From the IMG/VR virus record IMGVR_UViG_3300025096_000010, positions 2,823 through 66,822 of that record: a stretch of 64,000 nt of DNA. One strand, 5' to 3'. Position 1 is the stretch's first letter. Every line of letters begins with the position of its first letter. Below, one piece after another: positions 9,922 through 19,767 of the stretch. This stretch comes from a virus. A program made the position numbers and the translations under genes. The notes under the pieces are model-generated. The model did no database searches and was not told the DNA's origin. It worked only from the letters and a program-made list of their open reading frames with translations.

Positions 9922-10455
9922 ATGAGGAAGCTGCCCCGACAGTTCTCGAAAAAGAAGGGGAGCAAGTTCATTGTTTTCACACCCTCTTCTGAGAATGTGA
10001 AACAGGCTTTCGAGCGCAGCCAGAAATTGGGTATAACCCCCAACTCGTTTACACGGGGGCTGGGTCGAATGACGGGGTTTTTGGGAGAGATAGCTTTTGG
10101 TCTCTTATACCCCGATGCTAAGTATGTGGGTGGGCGGTGCTACACCCATGATTATTCCCTCAAGGGCAAGAAGATAGATATTAAGTCAAAGAGCTGCAGT
10201 GGTACACCCTTGCCCCACTATACGGCTTCGGTGAATTGCCCGCCTGATAAGGACCCCGAAGCAGGGTATTACTATTTTGTCCGAGTACGCAAAGACCTGA
10301 GCAAGGCTTGGTTGCTTGGGTGGCTACCGACACCTAGACTCTTAAAGAGCGGGGACTATAAGAAACGGGGGGAGAAGGGGGACGATGGGTTTATTTACAG
10401 GGTAAGTGGTTACCATGTACCTATCAAATGTCTTCGTCTGCCCTTATCCCTTTGA
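9922..10455 (+). CDS. PD-(D/E)XK-like nuclease-fold protein
   Basis: GFLGEIAF..D..IDIKSK..YYFV..WLLGW pattern. Confidence 0.5.
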   Translation: MRKLPRQFSKKKGSKFIVFTPSSENVKQAFERSQKLGITPNSFTRGLGRMTGFLGEIAFGLLYPDAKYVGGRCYTHDYSLKGKKIDIKSKSCSGTPLPHYTASVNCPPDKDPEAGYYYFVRVRKDLSKAWLLGWLPTPRLLKSGDYKKRGEKGDDGFIYRVSGYHVPIKCLRLPLSL

Positions 10456-10630
10456 TGCGTGCGGCCACTCCCTTGAGTTTACGTAGCTCCCCCTCCAGTC
10501 GACTACGCTCCCGCAGGTGGTAATCAATCCGGTTTGTGAGCATCCGGTAATCCTCTCGCAGGAACTGAATGTGGGTCTCCACCCGTTCAAGGTCTTCAAG
10601 CTCGCGCACGTGTTCATGGGGGTCTGCCAT
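10424..10630 (-). CDS. small coiled-coil hypothetical protein
   Basis: 68 aa, last gene of the minus-strand replication operon. Confidence 0.5.
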   Translation of the reverse strand: MADPHEHVRELEDLERVETHIQFLREDYRMLTNRIDYHLRERSRLEGELRKLKGVAARIKGIRADEDI

Positions 10631-10638
10631 AGGCTTCG

Positions 10639-12789
10639 TTATACCGAGGCTTCGGATATGTCAAAAGTTTTCGCTAGGTCGATTGTCCACATTTTTCCCC
10701 CACCCTTGCCTTGGGAGTGGACTGGGCGAACATGGGTGTTGTTCTTCCTCGCCTCCTCTAGGGAGGCCATACCCCTTCTAACGAACTCCAGATTGTGGCT
10801 CATGCCCACACTCCGACCGTTATTAAATTCGTGGAGCAGGACTTGGAATTCTGTGAGGGTACCCTGCCATTTAGGTATGGTATCATTTTGTTCCCGGCAG
10901 CGTTTGCAGAAGAACTCGACCAGTTCGGCAATAGACGACCTACTGGAATTGTCGTATGCAGCGGATGCCACAGACTCGTCAATGAAACTGACTACCCCGA
11001 AACGCCCCCCGATTATGACTTCTTGTGGTGGGGTCCAGTCTAGAAGCCACTTACCAAAGTGGGGGAGTTCCTGATGTATCGTGGTCTCGACAGTGCTATT
11101 TGATGGGAAGGAGCTTCGGGCTTCGTCCCTCACTCGGAGAGCCATTAGTTTATCGCGGTTGCTGCTATCCAGTGCCGGGATGACGGACAGGCTGTTGGCG
11201 TCCATGTTGAGTGACAGGATAACCCGGCCTGCCCACGGAACTGATAGAGAGTCTGCGTACTTCGCTTGGTATTCGACTCGGGGGTTGGCGACGGCCCGTT
11301 TGATAAGTTCCGTGGCTTTCCTCTGGTCTTGGAAGCTCGCGGCTGAAGTCGTGTCATCGATCACCCATGCCGCGACCCTACCGAGATCCTTGTTGAATTT
11401 GGTTTGCCCAGAGAGGTAGTCGCTGGCGTCGGCGTAGCCGCCTACTAGACCTGAGATAACCCGGTTCGACAGTAGACTCTTACCTTTACTGGTCGCGCCT
11501 ACGAGGATGAGCGCCTGTCCTTGCGACATCTTCCGGCTGATGACGGCTTCGTAAAAGCGTTTCATCCATGCGTAGAAATAGTTTAGTGTGTTTATAGGGG
11601 TGGAGTTCTTGAAGAGCTGCTCCAACCAATCATGGATGAAGGGCCAGTTGGCTGGGTCCCCGTCCTCAGCTGGTTCCACGGGTATGAGGTTCGCGTTATT
11701 GAGTATCCGTTGACTGTTGTATGACACTACACGGTTACTGGAGAAGATTACGGGTGCAATCTCGTCTATGCGGTTGTGGTTACTTATCGTAAGGATGGCG
11801 GCTTCTACTTCTGTAAGAGCCTGTCCTTTCTTTGGTTTCATGGAAAATCCCGTCTGCCTGAGTTCCAATATCAGCTGTTCCTTGGGGATAGTCACCGCAG
11901 AGTTATACAGGAGTTTGAAGAAAGCGCGGCCATTGAACCAATACTCGTCTAGCAGGTTCCCCATCTTCGTCTCCTCGTAGTCTGAGACGAACTTGGCTCC
12001 GAATATTTCCCGCCAGCTGACGAATCCCTTACCCGCTCGGTCTGAGTAGCAGACCATCCCGTCGTCGCCTACCTGACAGCCTTCTCGGTGGATGCCGTCG
12101 TCTATCCAGAACAGGGGGCCTCGGGTACCGACCTCAAAATCTCCGATCCATCTGTTGGGGAATTGCTTGTCGATTTCGGCGGCTACTACCTCGATGGGGA
12201 TAGCCGTGTCGCTGGTGGTGGGTGGCTTGGAAGCCGCGGCCTTTGTCAGCGCGGTCTGGATTGTGGCGCTGGACACAAGTCCCCCCATGTTTACCCAGTT
12301 TATTCCCAGCTCGAAATACTGGGACGCCCGTAAAGAGGAGGAGTCAAATCCGGCAAGAATCCTGTCTGGTTTTATAATGTTCTTAAGGCACTTGATAAAC
12401 GTGTCGAACATTTCGGGAGCAATAGGCATCCCTTTTTCAAACTCCCACACTAGCCGGATGTAGCCCGATTGCGTTTCTGACCGCCATGTCGGCGGGTGGT
12501 TAGGACACTTAGCTGCGATGACCGCGCCCACCTCTGCCCAGTTTACGGGGGCGTCGTAGTCGGCTATCACCCCGTAAATTTTGTTAGGGGGGTTGTCGGT
12601 TGAAATCCGTTTGGATGGAGCACTACCTTCTACCAGACTATAAAATACGTGGTCTGTCTTGGAGTTGGCGCACCATGCCCTGAAATCTGCTTTGCTGCTG
12701 AATTTAGGTTTCGATTTGTTAAGGGCCGCGGGGTCAGATGTTTTGAAGCATTTGGTATCTCTTAGGTTCTTTATGTATCGGTAACTCAT
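10639..12789 (-). CDS. primase-helicase (N-terminal primase/polymerase-like domain plus SF3-like NTPase)
   Basis: IADYD motif, Walker A GATSKGKS, WVIDD Walker B, ILSLN. Confidence 0.7.
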   Translation of the reverse strand: MSYRYIKNLRDTKCFKTSDPAALNKSKPKFSSKADFRAWCANSKTDHVFYSLVEGSAPSKRISTDNPPNKIYGVIADYDAPVNWAEVGAVIAAKCPNHPPTWRSETQSGYIRLVWEFEKGMPIAPEMFDTFIKCLKNIIKPDRILAGFDSSSLRASQYFELGINWVNMGGLVSSATIQTALTKAAASKPPTTSDTAIPIEVVAAEIDKQFPNRWIGDFEVGTRGPLFWIDDGIHREGCQVGDDGMVCYSDRAGKGFVSWREIFGAKFVSDYEETKMGNLLDEYWFNGRAFFKLLYNSAVTIPKEQLILELRQTGFSMKPKKGQALTEVEAAILTISNHNRIDEIAPVIFSSNRVVSYNSQRILNNANLIPVEPAEDGDPANWPFIHDWLEQLFKNSTPINTLNYFYAWMKRFYEAVISRKMSQGQALILVGATSKGKSLLSNRVISGLVGGYADASDYLSGQTKFNKDLGRVAAWVIDDTTSAASFQDQRKATELIKRAVANPRVEYQAKYADSLSVPWAGRVILSLNMDANSLSVIPALDSSNRDKLMALRVRDEARSSFPSNSTVETTIHQELPHFGKWLLDWTPPQEVIIGGRFGVVSFIDESVASAAYDNSSRSSIAELVEFFCKRCREQNDTIPKWQGTLTEFQVLLHEFNNGRSVGMSHNLEFVRRGMASLEEARKNNTHVRPVHSQGKGGGKMWTIDLAKTFDISEASV

Positions 12790-14558
12790 TTTGTGTAACG
12801 TGATAAGATTGATCCTTCAGCGGCGAGCGGAATATCAGATATCCATTCGGGCGATTCAGACATTATTTTCAGGATGTGCTGCAAGGATTCCTCAGCTTGG
12901 TCGGCGTCAGCCTCGATGACTACTTCATCATGCACATGAAGCACGATCTTGTAGCCCGCTTCGTCAATCCTTACAAGCATATCACTGAAAATGTCGCGGG
13001 CTAGGGCTTGGGAGGCGTTCTCCGCTACGAACCCGCCCCACAATTTTACGGCTACCCTCTTCCCGTGCCGCATTAACTTGGCGGTAAAATGCCGGTCCTT
13101 TTCTTTCCCATCCGTGCGAATAACCCCGTAGTCAAGAACGCGGCCACTCGGTAAGTCCACTGTGAAGGGGGTAAGATAGCCTTGTACGGATAAATCATAA
13201 GCGCCTGCTATGCCCGAGTTGAAATATCGCCATAGTTTGGTCACGGAGTTCATAGACTCGCGGTAAAGATCCACGGCGGCATTAGCATCTTTCTGATCCA
13301 TGCCCGACATTTGGGCAAACCTAGCTTTACCCGCCCCATAACCACACCCAAGGACCATCGCCTTAATTTTGTGGCGTAGTTTCGGGTCTTGTTTAAGGGA
13401 GCCTTTCTCTTTGTCCCACTGCCCGAACCGGATGGCAAAAGCTTCATAAATGTCATCAGACTCCGCGATCTCCCCCAACATTTTTTTATCCTCGGCCAGC
13501 CAGCAGAGTGTCCGCACCTCAATCTGACTTAGGTCTACTACGACAAGTCTCTTGTCCGGTTTAGTTGAGATGAGATTCCTAAGATTGACCCCGAACATCT
13601 CTTCCCGTGGGAGGTTTTGCAGGTTGAGGTTACCCCCGCCCCCACTGAAACGTCCTGTGTGCGCCCCGAAGTACATGATCCCGCCGTAGTAACGCCCATC
13701 AGGCATGGTGGCGAAGTCGAAGCTCTCTATCTTTTTCTTGAGTGCGTTGATCCTGCGCCAACTACGAACTGCGTCAATCCATGCGTGTTTCTTACCGTGG
13801 TAGTCTATCCACTTCTGTGCGTCTTCGTCTGTAGCGGCAAGGCTACCCGGAGGTTCAATACCCACGGCTCGACATTGGTCATCGAAAGCCTTTCGGCTCA
13901 ACAGAGGTGCGTTCCCCATCCACGGGATAGCTTCCTCGGCTTCAAATAGCTTACTGTTTATTACCTCAAGTTGAGATTTAAGCAGCTCCGCGTCGATGGG
14001 GAGTCCCCGCTGGGTGATCCGCCGGTTAAGCACACTGATTGCTTTTTCATGCTCGGGCCAGTTTTGATGGTGCGTATCCCATAAGTCCAAGCATAGTTGT
14101 GCATCCTGCAAGGCGTAGTCACTGACTTCCTTACGGAACTCGTCAGTCATTTCCTCCCACCGTTTCCCGCTCATATTGTCGCGGGTGCTTTTGTCTACGG
14201 TCAGTCCAAAAGCCTCGCCAGCCGCTCCCTTAAGCGCCCGAGGAAGCCGCACATACACCGCCATATCTGCGGTACAATGCCACGCGGCGGGGGAGATTTT
14301 CGGCCACCAGCCGCGGGCCGTTCCATATAGATATAGGGTTTCATCAAATGATGCGTTGTGACTTAGGACGACGCTCCCGTTGAGGAGGCTCCAGTTAAAA
14401 TCTTTAGGGCTCCCCACAAAAGATGTCCCGTCTGTTCCGACCACGGACACCATGTAAGCATCGAAGTCGGGGTGGGAGAAGTATCCAAGGGGGCCGAGGG
14501 TCCGAATACTACAACTCTTGTCGTAGTAGGTTTCGTAATCGAGAGCATAGGTATACAT
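12786..14558 (-). CDS. polA: DNA polymerase, family A, with 3'-5' exonuclease
   Basis: ALDYET, HNASFD, AHTGRFSG, NLQNLP, DLSQIE, KAMVLGCGYG, VHDE. Confidence 0.95.
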   Translation of the reverse strand: MYTYALDYETYYDKSCSIRTLGPLGYFSHPDFDAYMVSVVGTDGTSFVGSPKDFNWSLLNGSVVLSHNASFDETLYLYGTARGWWPKISPAAWHCTADMAVYVRLPRALKGAAGEAFGLTVDKSTRDNMSGKRWEEMTDEFRKEVSDYALQDAQLCLDLWDTHHQNWPEHEKAISVLNRRITQRGLPIDAELLKSQLEVINSKLFEAEEAIPWMGNAPLLSRKAFDDQCRAVGIEPPGSLAATDEDAQKWIDYHGKKHAWIDAVRSWRRINALKKKIESFDFATMPDGRYYGGIMYFGAHTGRFSGGGGNLNLQNLPREEMFGVNLRNLISTKPDKRLVVVDLSQIEVRTLCWLAEDKKMLGEIAESDDIYEAFAIRFGQWDKEKGSLKQDPKLRHKIKAMVLGCGYGAGKARFAQMSGMDQKDANAAVDLYRESMNSVTKLWRYFNSGIAGAYDLSVQGYLTPFTVDLPSGRVLDYGVIRTDGKEKDRHFTAKLMRHGKRVAVKLWGGFVAENASQALARDIFSDMLVRIDEAGYKIVLHVHDEVVIEADADQAEESLQHILKIMSESPEWISDIPLAAEGSILSRYTK

Positions 14559-14573
14559 TTTGATAAAGGAAAG

Positions 14574-14618
14574 CCCCCACCAGCGATAAGAAAACCACAG
14601 ACTAATCGCCAGTGGGGG
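14574..14618 (-). terminator. terminator-like hairpin 15 nt upstream of the polymerase start
   Basis: Minus strand CCCCCACTGGCGAT..ATCGCTGGTGGGGG followed by CTTTCCTTT. Confidence 0.5.
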
Positions 14619-14721
14619 TTAAGCAAAGAGGGCATCCAGTTTTATGCGGTTACTGGACAGGACACATTACTAACCAGAGCTGCAACACCCCGCCGCAATT
14701 CCATATGCCCTCTTTATTCTC

Positions 14722-15018
14722 CTAGGGAGAGACTTTTTCTGCGTCGGGAGTATCCACGTAGTAATGAATGGCTTCTTCCAAGCCATCGTCCGTTTTACTA
14801 TCCGGTTCGTCTTCCGCCACGGGCATGGGGAGTGGAAGCTCCAGTTGCTCAACGTCAATGCCAAGGGTCGATACCAAGGCGTCTCTCACTGTGACCAGTT
14901 TGAGGCGGTTGATTGCGACTTCCGCAAGCTGTTCGTCCAGCTTGGTAATCATATCTGTGAGCATCTTAGCCTCGCCAGTGAGGATAGGAATCGTAGGATC
15001 TGTAGGTTCTCCAGACAT
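14722..15018 (-). CDS. hypothetical coiled-coil protein
   Basis: Start at ATG 15018, 2 nt after the SSB stop. Confidence 0.55.
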   Translation of the reverse strand: MSGEPTDPTIPILTGEAKMLTDMITKLDEQLAEVAINRLKLVTVRDALVSTLGIDVEQLELPLPMPVAEDEPDSKTDDGLEEAIHYYVDTPDAEKVSP

Positions 15019-15020
15019 GA

Positions 15021-15671
15021 CTAGCGTGCGTTGAAGTCTGCGATCCACTCAGCCACGGCCTTGTCGGGCGCGTTCTGAGACACGGTGAGCATGGGTGCGA
15101 ACCAGCTATACTTACCCCTAGTGATGGGGCAGGACTCAAAGTTCCACAGAACTTCCCCGAGGTTTTTGTCTCGGTTGAAGGCTGCATAAGTAGCCAGACG
15201 CTTGAAGGTCTGCCGGTAGGCGTCCTTTGCCACGTTGATTTTCCCGAGGGCGTATCGGTGCTCCCCGATGGTGAACGGGTAAGCCCCGTCATTTTTATCG
15301 TCCTTAGGCTGCTTGAACAACAGAGTGATCTCTGCGAATTCAAGCAGGTTATACTCCGAGGATTCCGCGAGCTTCGCCCGCACCTCCTCGGTGTATGCGA
15401 TTTGGGGCATCGCGTCCTCTTCAAAGGGTACATCTTCACGCCAGCCCTTTGTTGCGGCGAGCACGGATACTTCCGTAGGCTCTTCCGGGGGCAGCAGAAT
15501 ATGCTTCTTATCGAGGACGGCACTCCCGAAGGGCGCGTCAATGTCACTCGTCTTTTGGACGATGTTCAAGCGGGGGATATCAATATCCGAGGCGTCGATG
15601 ACGAAGCCAGCTTCGTTAGGGATCATCCCTCCTTTAGGTGCGGCTGCGAGAGCCGTAGTTTCGTTACTCAT
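15021..15671 (-). CDS. putative single-stranded DNA-binding protein
   Basis: DIDIPRLNIVQ..KYSWFAP pattern; between nuclease and polymerase. Confidence 0.55.
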   Translation of the reverse strand: MSNETTALAAAPKGGMIPNEAGFVIDASDIDIPRLNIVQKTSDIDAPFGSAVLDKKHILLPPEEPTEVSVLAATKGWREDVPFEEDAMPQIAYTEEVRAKLAESSEYNLLEFAEITLLFKQPKDDKNDGAYPFTIGEHRYALGKINVAKDAYRQTFKRLATYAAFNRDKNLGEVLWNFESCPITRGKYSWFAPMLTVSQNAPDKAVAEWIADFNAR

Positions 15672-15699
15672 GGTTACGTTTTTGGTTCTTGGTTACAAC

Positions 15700-16815
15700 C
15701 TACGATAAAGTATACCGCGGGTCTGAGGTTTCGATAATGCCTGCGTCTTCGCAGGCGTCAACGAAATTGTCAGATAATTTTCTCTTCCCTCCTTTTTCAG
15801 CCGTATCGCCCACGGCCTTAGCGAGTTTCGCTAGAGGAATATTTGCGTGTTTCAGCACATCTTCAGCACTCACTCCAAATTCAGACGCTACTTCCAAGAG
15901 GCTTTCGTTGTCCATGATGCGTCGTGATGCTCCCATACTCTTCAGTTTAAGAGAGGGGAACTCGGTGCCATCCTTGGCTAGGGCTACCGCCTTCTTTTTG
16001 AAGCGGTCTGCCCAGTTGGAGACGATTTTAGCAATGGCCCACAGTTGTTCTACAATCTCAGGATCTTCCGTGCCTTCGATATCTACGTCCGGTAGCTGGG
16101 GGTTGATCTTCTTGGCAACCTCGATAACCAGCCCACCGAGGGCGGGGCAGGAATCTTCATAGCGGCAGAAGCGACAGTTCACGTTGGGGGTCAGGTCACC
16201 CAGACTAGGGGTTCCCGAATCCCACTTGGGGCGGGTCTTCTCGGCTTTTTTAATAACGTCACTTAGCTCGGCTACAATACCGTCGACGTCCGTTCGGTTA
16301 AATGTGTGGTGAAGACTTGCGTTGTGCTTGGGTACATAGAACACGAATACTATTTTCTCTATGTCGGGGAACTTCTGGAAAGCTCCGACCGCATAAGCTT
16401 TCGCTTGCCAGTTCTTGTCGGGTGGGTCGATGATACTTATCCCTGTTTTGTAGTCTGCCATTACGGCTTCACCTGACTCAAGGATGAGGAACCTGTCGCA
16501 GGTTCCCCATGTTCCTGTCCCATCCAGTTCAACGTCGACTTGGATCTCGTTGTGCTCTTCGATAACAGGTGGAAAATTCCCCATGAATGCACCCTCCATC
16601 TCAACGATCTGCTCATAAATGGATAGTTCTTCTTCGTTATGCAGAGCCGAAGGATCGTGTACTTCCAAGGCTTCGTGGATGCGGGTACCCATTTCAGCGG
16701 CGGCGTTTGTGCCGTCCCTGCCGTGGTAGCCCCCACAACCTGCCAAGTACTTGAGGCTGGAGGGGCTGAATTCAGCGTGGCCGCGCGAGCTGTGGTCTGG
16801 GCTATTTTTGTTCAT
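15700..16815 (-). CDS. Cas4/DUF2800-like PD-(D/E)XK exonuclease
   Basis: HAEFSPSS, GTRIH, WGTCD, DYKTG, CRFC..CP. Confidence 0.85.
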   Translation of the reverse strand: MNKNSPDHSSRGHAEFSPSSLKYLAGCGGYHGRDGTNAAAEMGTRIHEALEVHDPSALHNEEELSIYEQIVEMEGAFMGNFPPVIEEHNEIQVDVELDGTGTWGTCDRFLILESGEAVMADYKTGISIIDPPDKNWQAKAYAVGAFQKFPDIEKIVFVFYVPKHNASLHHTFNRTDVDGIVAELSDVIKKAEKTRPKWDSGTPSLGDLTPNVNCRFCRYEDSCPALGGLVIEVAKKINPQLPDVDIEGTEDPEIVEQLWAIAKIVSNWADRFKKKAVALAKDGTEFPSLKLKSMGASRRIMDNESLLEVASEFGVSAEDVLKHANIPLAKLAKAVGDTAEKGGKRKLSDNFVDACEDAGIIETSDPRYTLS

Positions 16816-16845
16816 TTGTTGGTTGTATGTGTTGTTAATTCTTTT

Positions 16846-17061
16846 TCACTTGCCACTCTTCCGCGCATGGAACCCCAAGCGTTGGGGGGTGGAGGAGGGC
16901 AGGATATTGCAAGCCGCCCCGAACTGGGCAAGCTGGTTGTCATGCATCTCCTCGTCATTTGATAATCTCTCTCGGGCCTTCGCCGGAAAGGAGGCTGGTG
17001 TGTCACGCCTCTCACAATAGCTTACATGTGCCCTCAAGGATTCAAGGTATTCACTGTTCAT
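16846..17061 (-). CDS. hypothetical protein
   Basis: 71-aa ORF in the operon orientation. Confidence 0.4.
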   Translation of the reverse strand: MNSEYLESLRAHVSYCERRDTPASFPAKARERLSNDEEMHDNQLAQFGAACNILPSSTPQRLGFHARKSGK

Positions 17062-17087
17062 GGCAGTTTAGGAGTGGAGAATGGACA

Positions 17088-17336
17088 TTAGAAAAATAAA
17101 TCGTTTGGTTTCTTGGGATCAAAGGTTTCTTTTGTGCGGTCTCCTTCAGGATTGTCTGCCCAAAGTCCATCATCCATAAGGAACATAAGTTTATCTATAT
17201 TTTCTCTGGTTGATTTTAGTAGGCGGCACTGTTGGACCCTTGTGGTCGGCAGTTTACTTTTGTTTGCAATATCGAGTAGGCGTTTTTTCATCGGCCTCAA
17301 GATTTTTGCTGCTTTCGCGTATTGGTCGTATTTCAT
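17088..17336 (-). CDS. hypothetical protein
   Basis: Start at ATG 17336 (MKYDQY). Confidence 0.5.
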   Translation of the reverse strand: MKYDQYAKAAKILRPMKKRLLDIANKSKLPTTRVQQCRLLKSTRENIDKLMFLMDDGLWADNPEGDRTKETFDPKKPNDLFF

Positions 17337-17365
17337 GGTTTGGTTTTTGGTTAGTATGAAGTTGT

Positions 17366-18661
17366 TCAAACTCCGTGTAGTTCCGCTATGTTTAGAGCTT
17401 TCCGTTGTACGGAAGCCATGACGGCTTCCTCGACGGTCCCCGCCGCGACTAGAATCTTTTGAATGGCGTCACTCTTAGCCCCGTTCCGGTGGATTCGGCC
17501 TAAGGTTTGCAGGTAGCTTTTAGCATCGAAAGTAGGGCTGATCAGTGAAATTCGTGGTCTGTTACCGTGGGTGTCGTGGAGAGAGATACCCAACCCTCCT
17601 GCGGCTATATTAGCTACGATACAATGCGTTTTATCCGCTTGGAAATCGTCGATAACTTTTTGCCGTTCTTGGGCTGACTGCCCGCCTTCTATCCTACCGC
17701 ATTGAAGCAGCCCACACAGGGCGTCTACGGTGTCTTTGTAGTTCACAAAAATAACAAGGCTGTTTCCTTCGTGAATCAGGTAGTCGGCTGTGTCCGCCAT
17801 TTCTGGGACTTTGAAGGACTCCGCGAGTTGGCGAGCCCTGCCTAGGTTTACAATCAGGTGTTCGCTGTTGGCTACGGTGCCATGTTCAATATAGTCTGTG
17901 ATGATATCTGGAGTTATTCCCAACTCGTCGTAAGCATCGAAGATCTTATTTGAGTCCTTGAAGTCAATGGGCTCCACGAAAACCATGTTGCCACGGAACG
18001 AGTCGGGGAAGTCTTTAACAGTTAGTCTGCGCGCACATTGTCCATACATCTCTGCGTGTAGTTCCTTGAGGGCGCTCCGTCTCAATAGCTTCCAGTTGTT
18101 CCATTGGTCTTTGAAGCATCCCTTTTTACGCATCCACTTAAACCAGTTCTGGAGGGGGAACACATCTTTGTTGAGAGAGTGGAGCCCGAGGCAGAAGCCC
18201 AGTGCCCTCATCTCTACAGGAGTCTCACTGGCGGTGGCGGACATCCCGTGGACCCTGAATTTCTGCAGGACTAGGGAAATCAATAGTTGGGCGTTAAGCG
18301 TGAAGGGGCCTTTAGCTTTGTGGATCTCGTCCATTAGTACGAAAGTGTTCCGCGGTAAGTGCCACTTGAAAATTTTCTTTCCCTTCCGGCTCATGAATTT
18401 TGTGTTGCCGGTGCGTATTTTTTCGTAGTTGAGGACAAATACGGGGTCAATACCGAACTCCTCAAGCTCACGTTCCCAGCTGGTAATGACTGCCTTGGGG
18501 CAGATCACTGCGACGGGGAACCCCAGCATCTTCGCGATGTAACAGGCGACCACGGTTTTACCGCATCCCGTGCTGGAACCGTCCAAGGTGTTTATACGTC
18601 TGGCTAGCAGGTTGATAAAGAAGTCTGCAGCTCCTTGTTGCGGTGTGTAGAGTGTTTTCAC
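17366..18661 (-). CDS. SF2 (SNF2-like) helicase
   Basis: TGCGKT, DEIH, SAT, GLGISL, QTLGRIHR. Confidence 0.9.
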   Translation of the reverse strand: MKTLYTPQQGAADFFINLLARRINTLDGSSTGCGKTVVACYIAKMLGFPVAVICPKAVITSWERELEEFGIDPVFVLNYEKIRTGNTKFMSRKGKKIFKWHLPRNTFVLMDEIHKAKGPFTLNAQLLISLVLQKFRVHGMSATASETPVEMRALGFCLGLHSLNKDVFPLQNWFKWMRKKGCFKDQWNNWKLLRRSALKELHAEMYGQCARRLTVKDFPDSFRGNMVFVEPIDFKDSNKIFDAYDELGITPDIITDYIEHGTVANSEHLIVNLGRARQLAESFKVPEMADTADYLIHEGNSLVIFVNYKDTVDALCGLLQCGRIEGGQSAQERQKVIDDFQADKTHCIVANIAAGGLGISLHDTHGNRPRISLISPTFDAKSYLQTLGRIHRNGAKSDAIQKILVAAGTVEEAVMASVQRKALNIAELHGV

Positions 18662-18688
18662 ACGGGCTATTTACCAGATCTTTCAGCC

Positions 18689-19186
18689 TCAACAAGAAAA
18701 TTCTTTAATTTCTTTTCCACGGATGTAGAGGGCAATCAGGTAGGCGTCGATCATCCCGTCGTGGGGGGTGCGGCATCGCTTGTTCTTGAGCCAGTTTTCT
18801 TGAGGGGCCTTCTCTTCAGCCACGAAAAGCGCGGCCTCCTTTGTCTTACCTTTGATGGTGTTCCCCAGTATGTGCTTCTGCCATTTATGGACGCTGACCC
18901 GCTTGACGGCATAGTCATGGGACTCAGCCATTCCCAACAGCTTCCCGAAGCTAATCGCCATTGAGCGTACAGCTTGTGAGCTTTTGGCATGGGCTAGGGG
19001 CTCTTCGATGGCCAGTTCAAATGGGGTGCACAATTCGGTCAACCAGTTGTTGATCTTGCGGATGTCTATCTCCCGCTTCTTGGAGCGTTGGAGACAGGGC
19101 ATTGGGATCTTGTCTATTATAGAGCCGCTGTGTTTTGAGATGGCACAAAGGCCCCCATCCAAACCGTTATCTACCCCTACGATCAT
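18689..19186 (-). CDS. RuvC-like Holliday junction resolvase
   Basis: IVGVDNG, IEEP, WQK, DGMIDAYLIA. Confidence 0.85.
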   Translation of the reverse strand: MIVGVDNGLDGGLCAISKHSGSIIDKIPMPCLQRSKKREIDIRKINNWLTELCTPFELAIEEPLAHAKSSQAVRSMAISFGKLLGMAESHDYAVKRVSVHKWQKHILGNTIKGKTKEAALFVAEEKAPQENWLKNKRCRTPHDGMIDAYLIALYIRGKEIKEFSC

Positions 19187-19189
19187 TCG

Positions 19190-19438
19190 TTATCTAAACT
19201 GGTCTATCAGTCTAGCCGAGACAAGCAAACCATTACCAGTCTCAGGAACGAAAAACTCCAGATCTTTCTGTGAGCACCTTAGGAAAGCCACTTCTTTCCC
19301 CGTCTTTGGTATCACGCGATAAAAGTGACCTACAAGGGGCACCCGTTTGAACGTGAAGTCATCAATATCGGGGAGCTGTACCCGCACCATTGCGACGGGC
19401 TGCTCCTCTTTGACTTTATTCTGGAACAGTTTACTCAT
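19190..19438 (-). CDS. hypothetical protein
   Basis: 82 aa, coupled to neighbours. Confidence 0.5.
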   Translation of the reverse strand: MSKLFQNKVKEEQPVAMVRVQLPDIDDFTFKRVPLVGHFYRVIPKTGKEVAFLRCSQKDLEFFVPETGNGLLVSARLIDQFR

Positions 19439-19767
19439 CCCCCAAGGATACTAGTATCCAGAAAGCAGGGCGTCGAAGGGCCTAAGTACGTTTTGATCAG
19501 TTCGCTCATAGCTTCTAGTGCTAGCTTTTCTGACAAGTTGTGTTTTTCACGCAGAATGGTTTTGACCATGTCTATGCTGTAGCAGGCCCGCGGGTGTGTA
19601 TCCGCCCCTTCTATAATCCCTATCAGGGCGTCGTGTAACTCGGGTAGAAGGATGAATGGGATATCCGGGGATTTGATTTTCTTAGACGGGGGGCCTAGGA
19701 ATGCGCGCCTATCAAAAGATAGGTCACCCATTCGCCCCCCGTCGAAGTCATCAAAGTTGTTAATCAT
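19435..19767 (-). CDS. hypothetical phage protein
   Basis: DALIGI..RACYS..YLGPSTP pattern common in small phage proteins. Confidence 0.55.
   Translation of the reverse strand: MINNFDDFDGGRMGDLSFDRRAFLGPPSKKIKSPDIPFILLPELHDALIGIIEGADTHPRACYSIDMVKTILREKHNLSEKLALEAMSELIKTYLGPSTPCFLDTSILGG

Noticed and set aside
15700-16815. Cas4 as evidence of a CRISPR system
   Set aside because: Context (SSB, polymerase, helicase) is that of an ordinary phage replication nuclease
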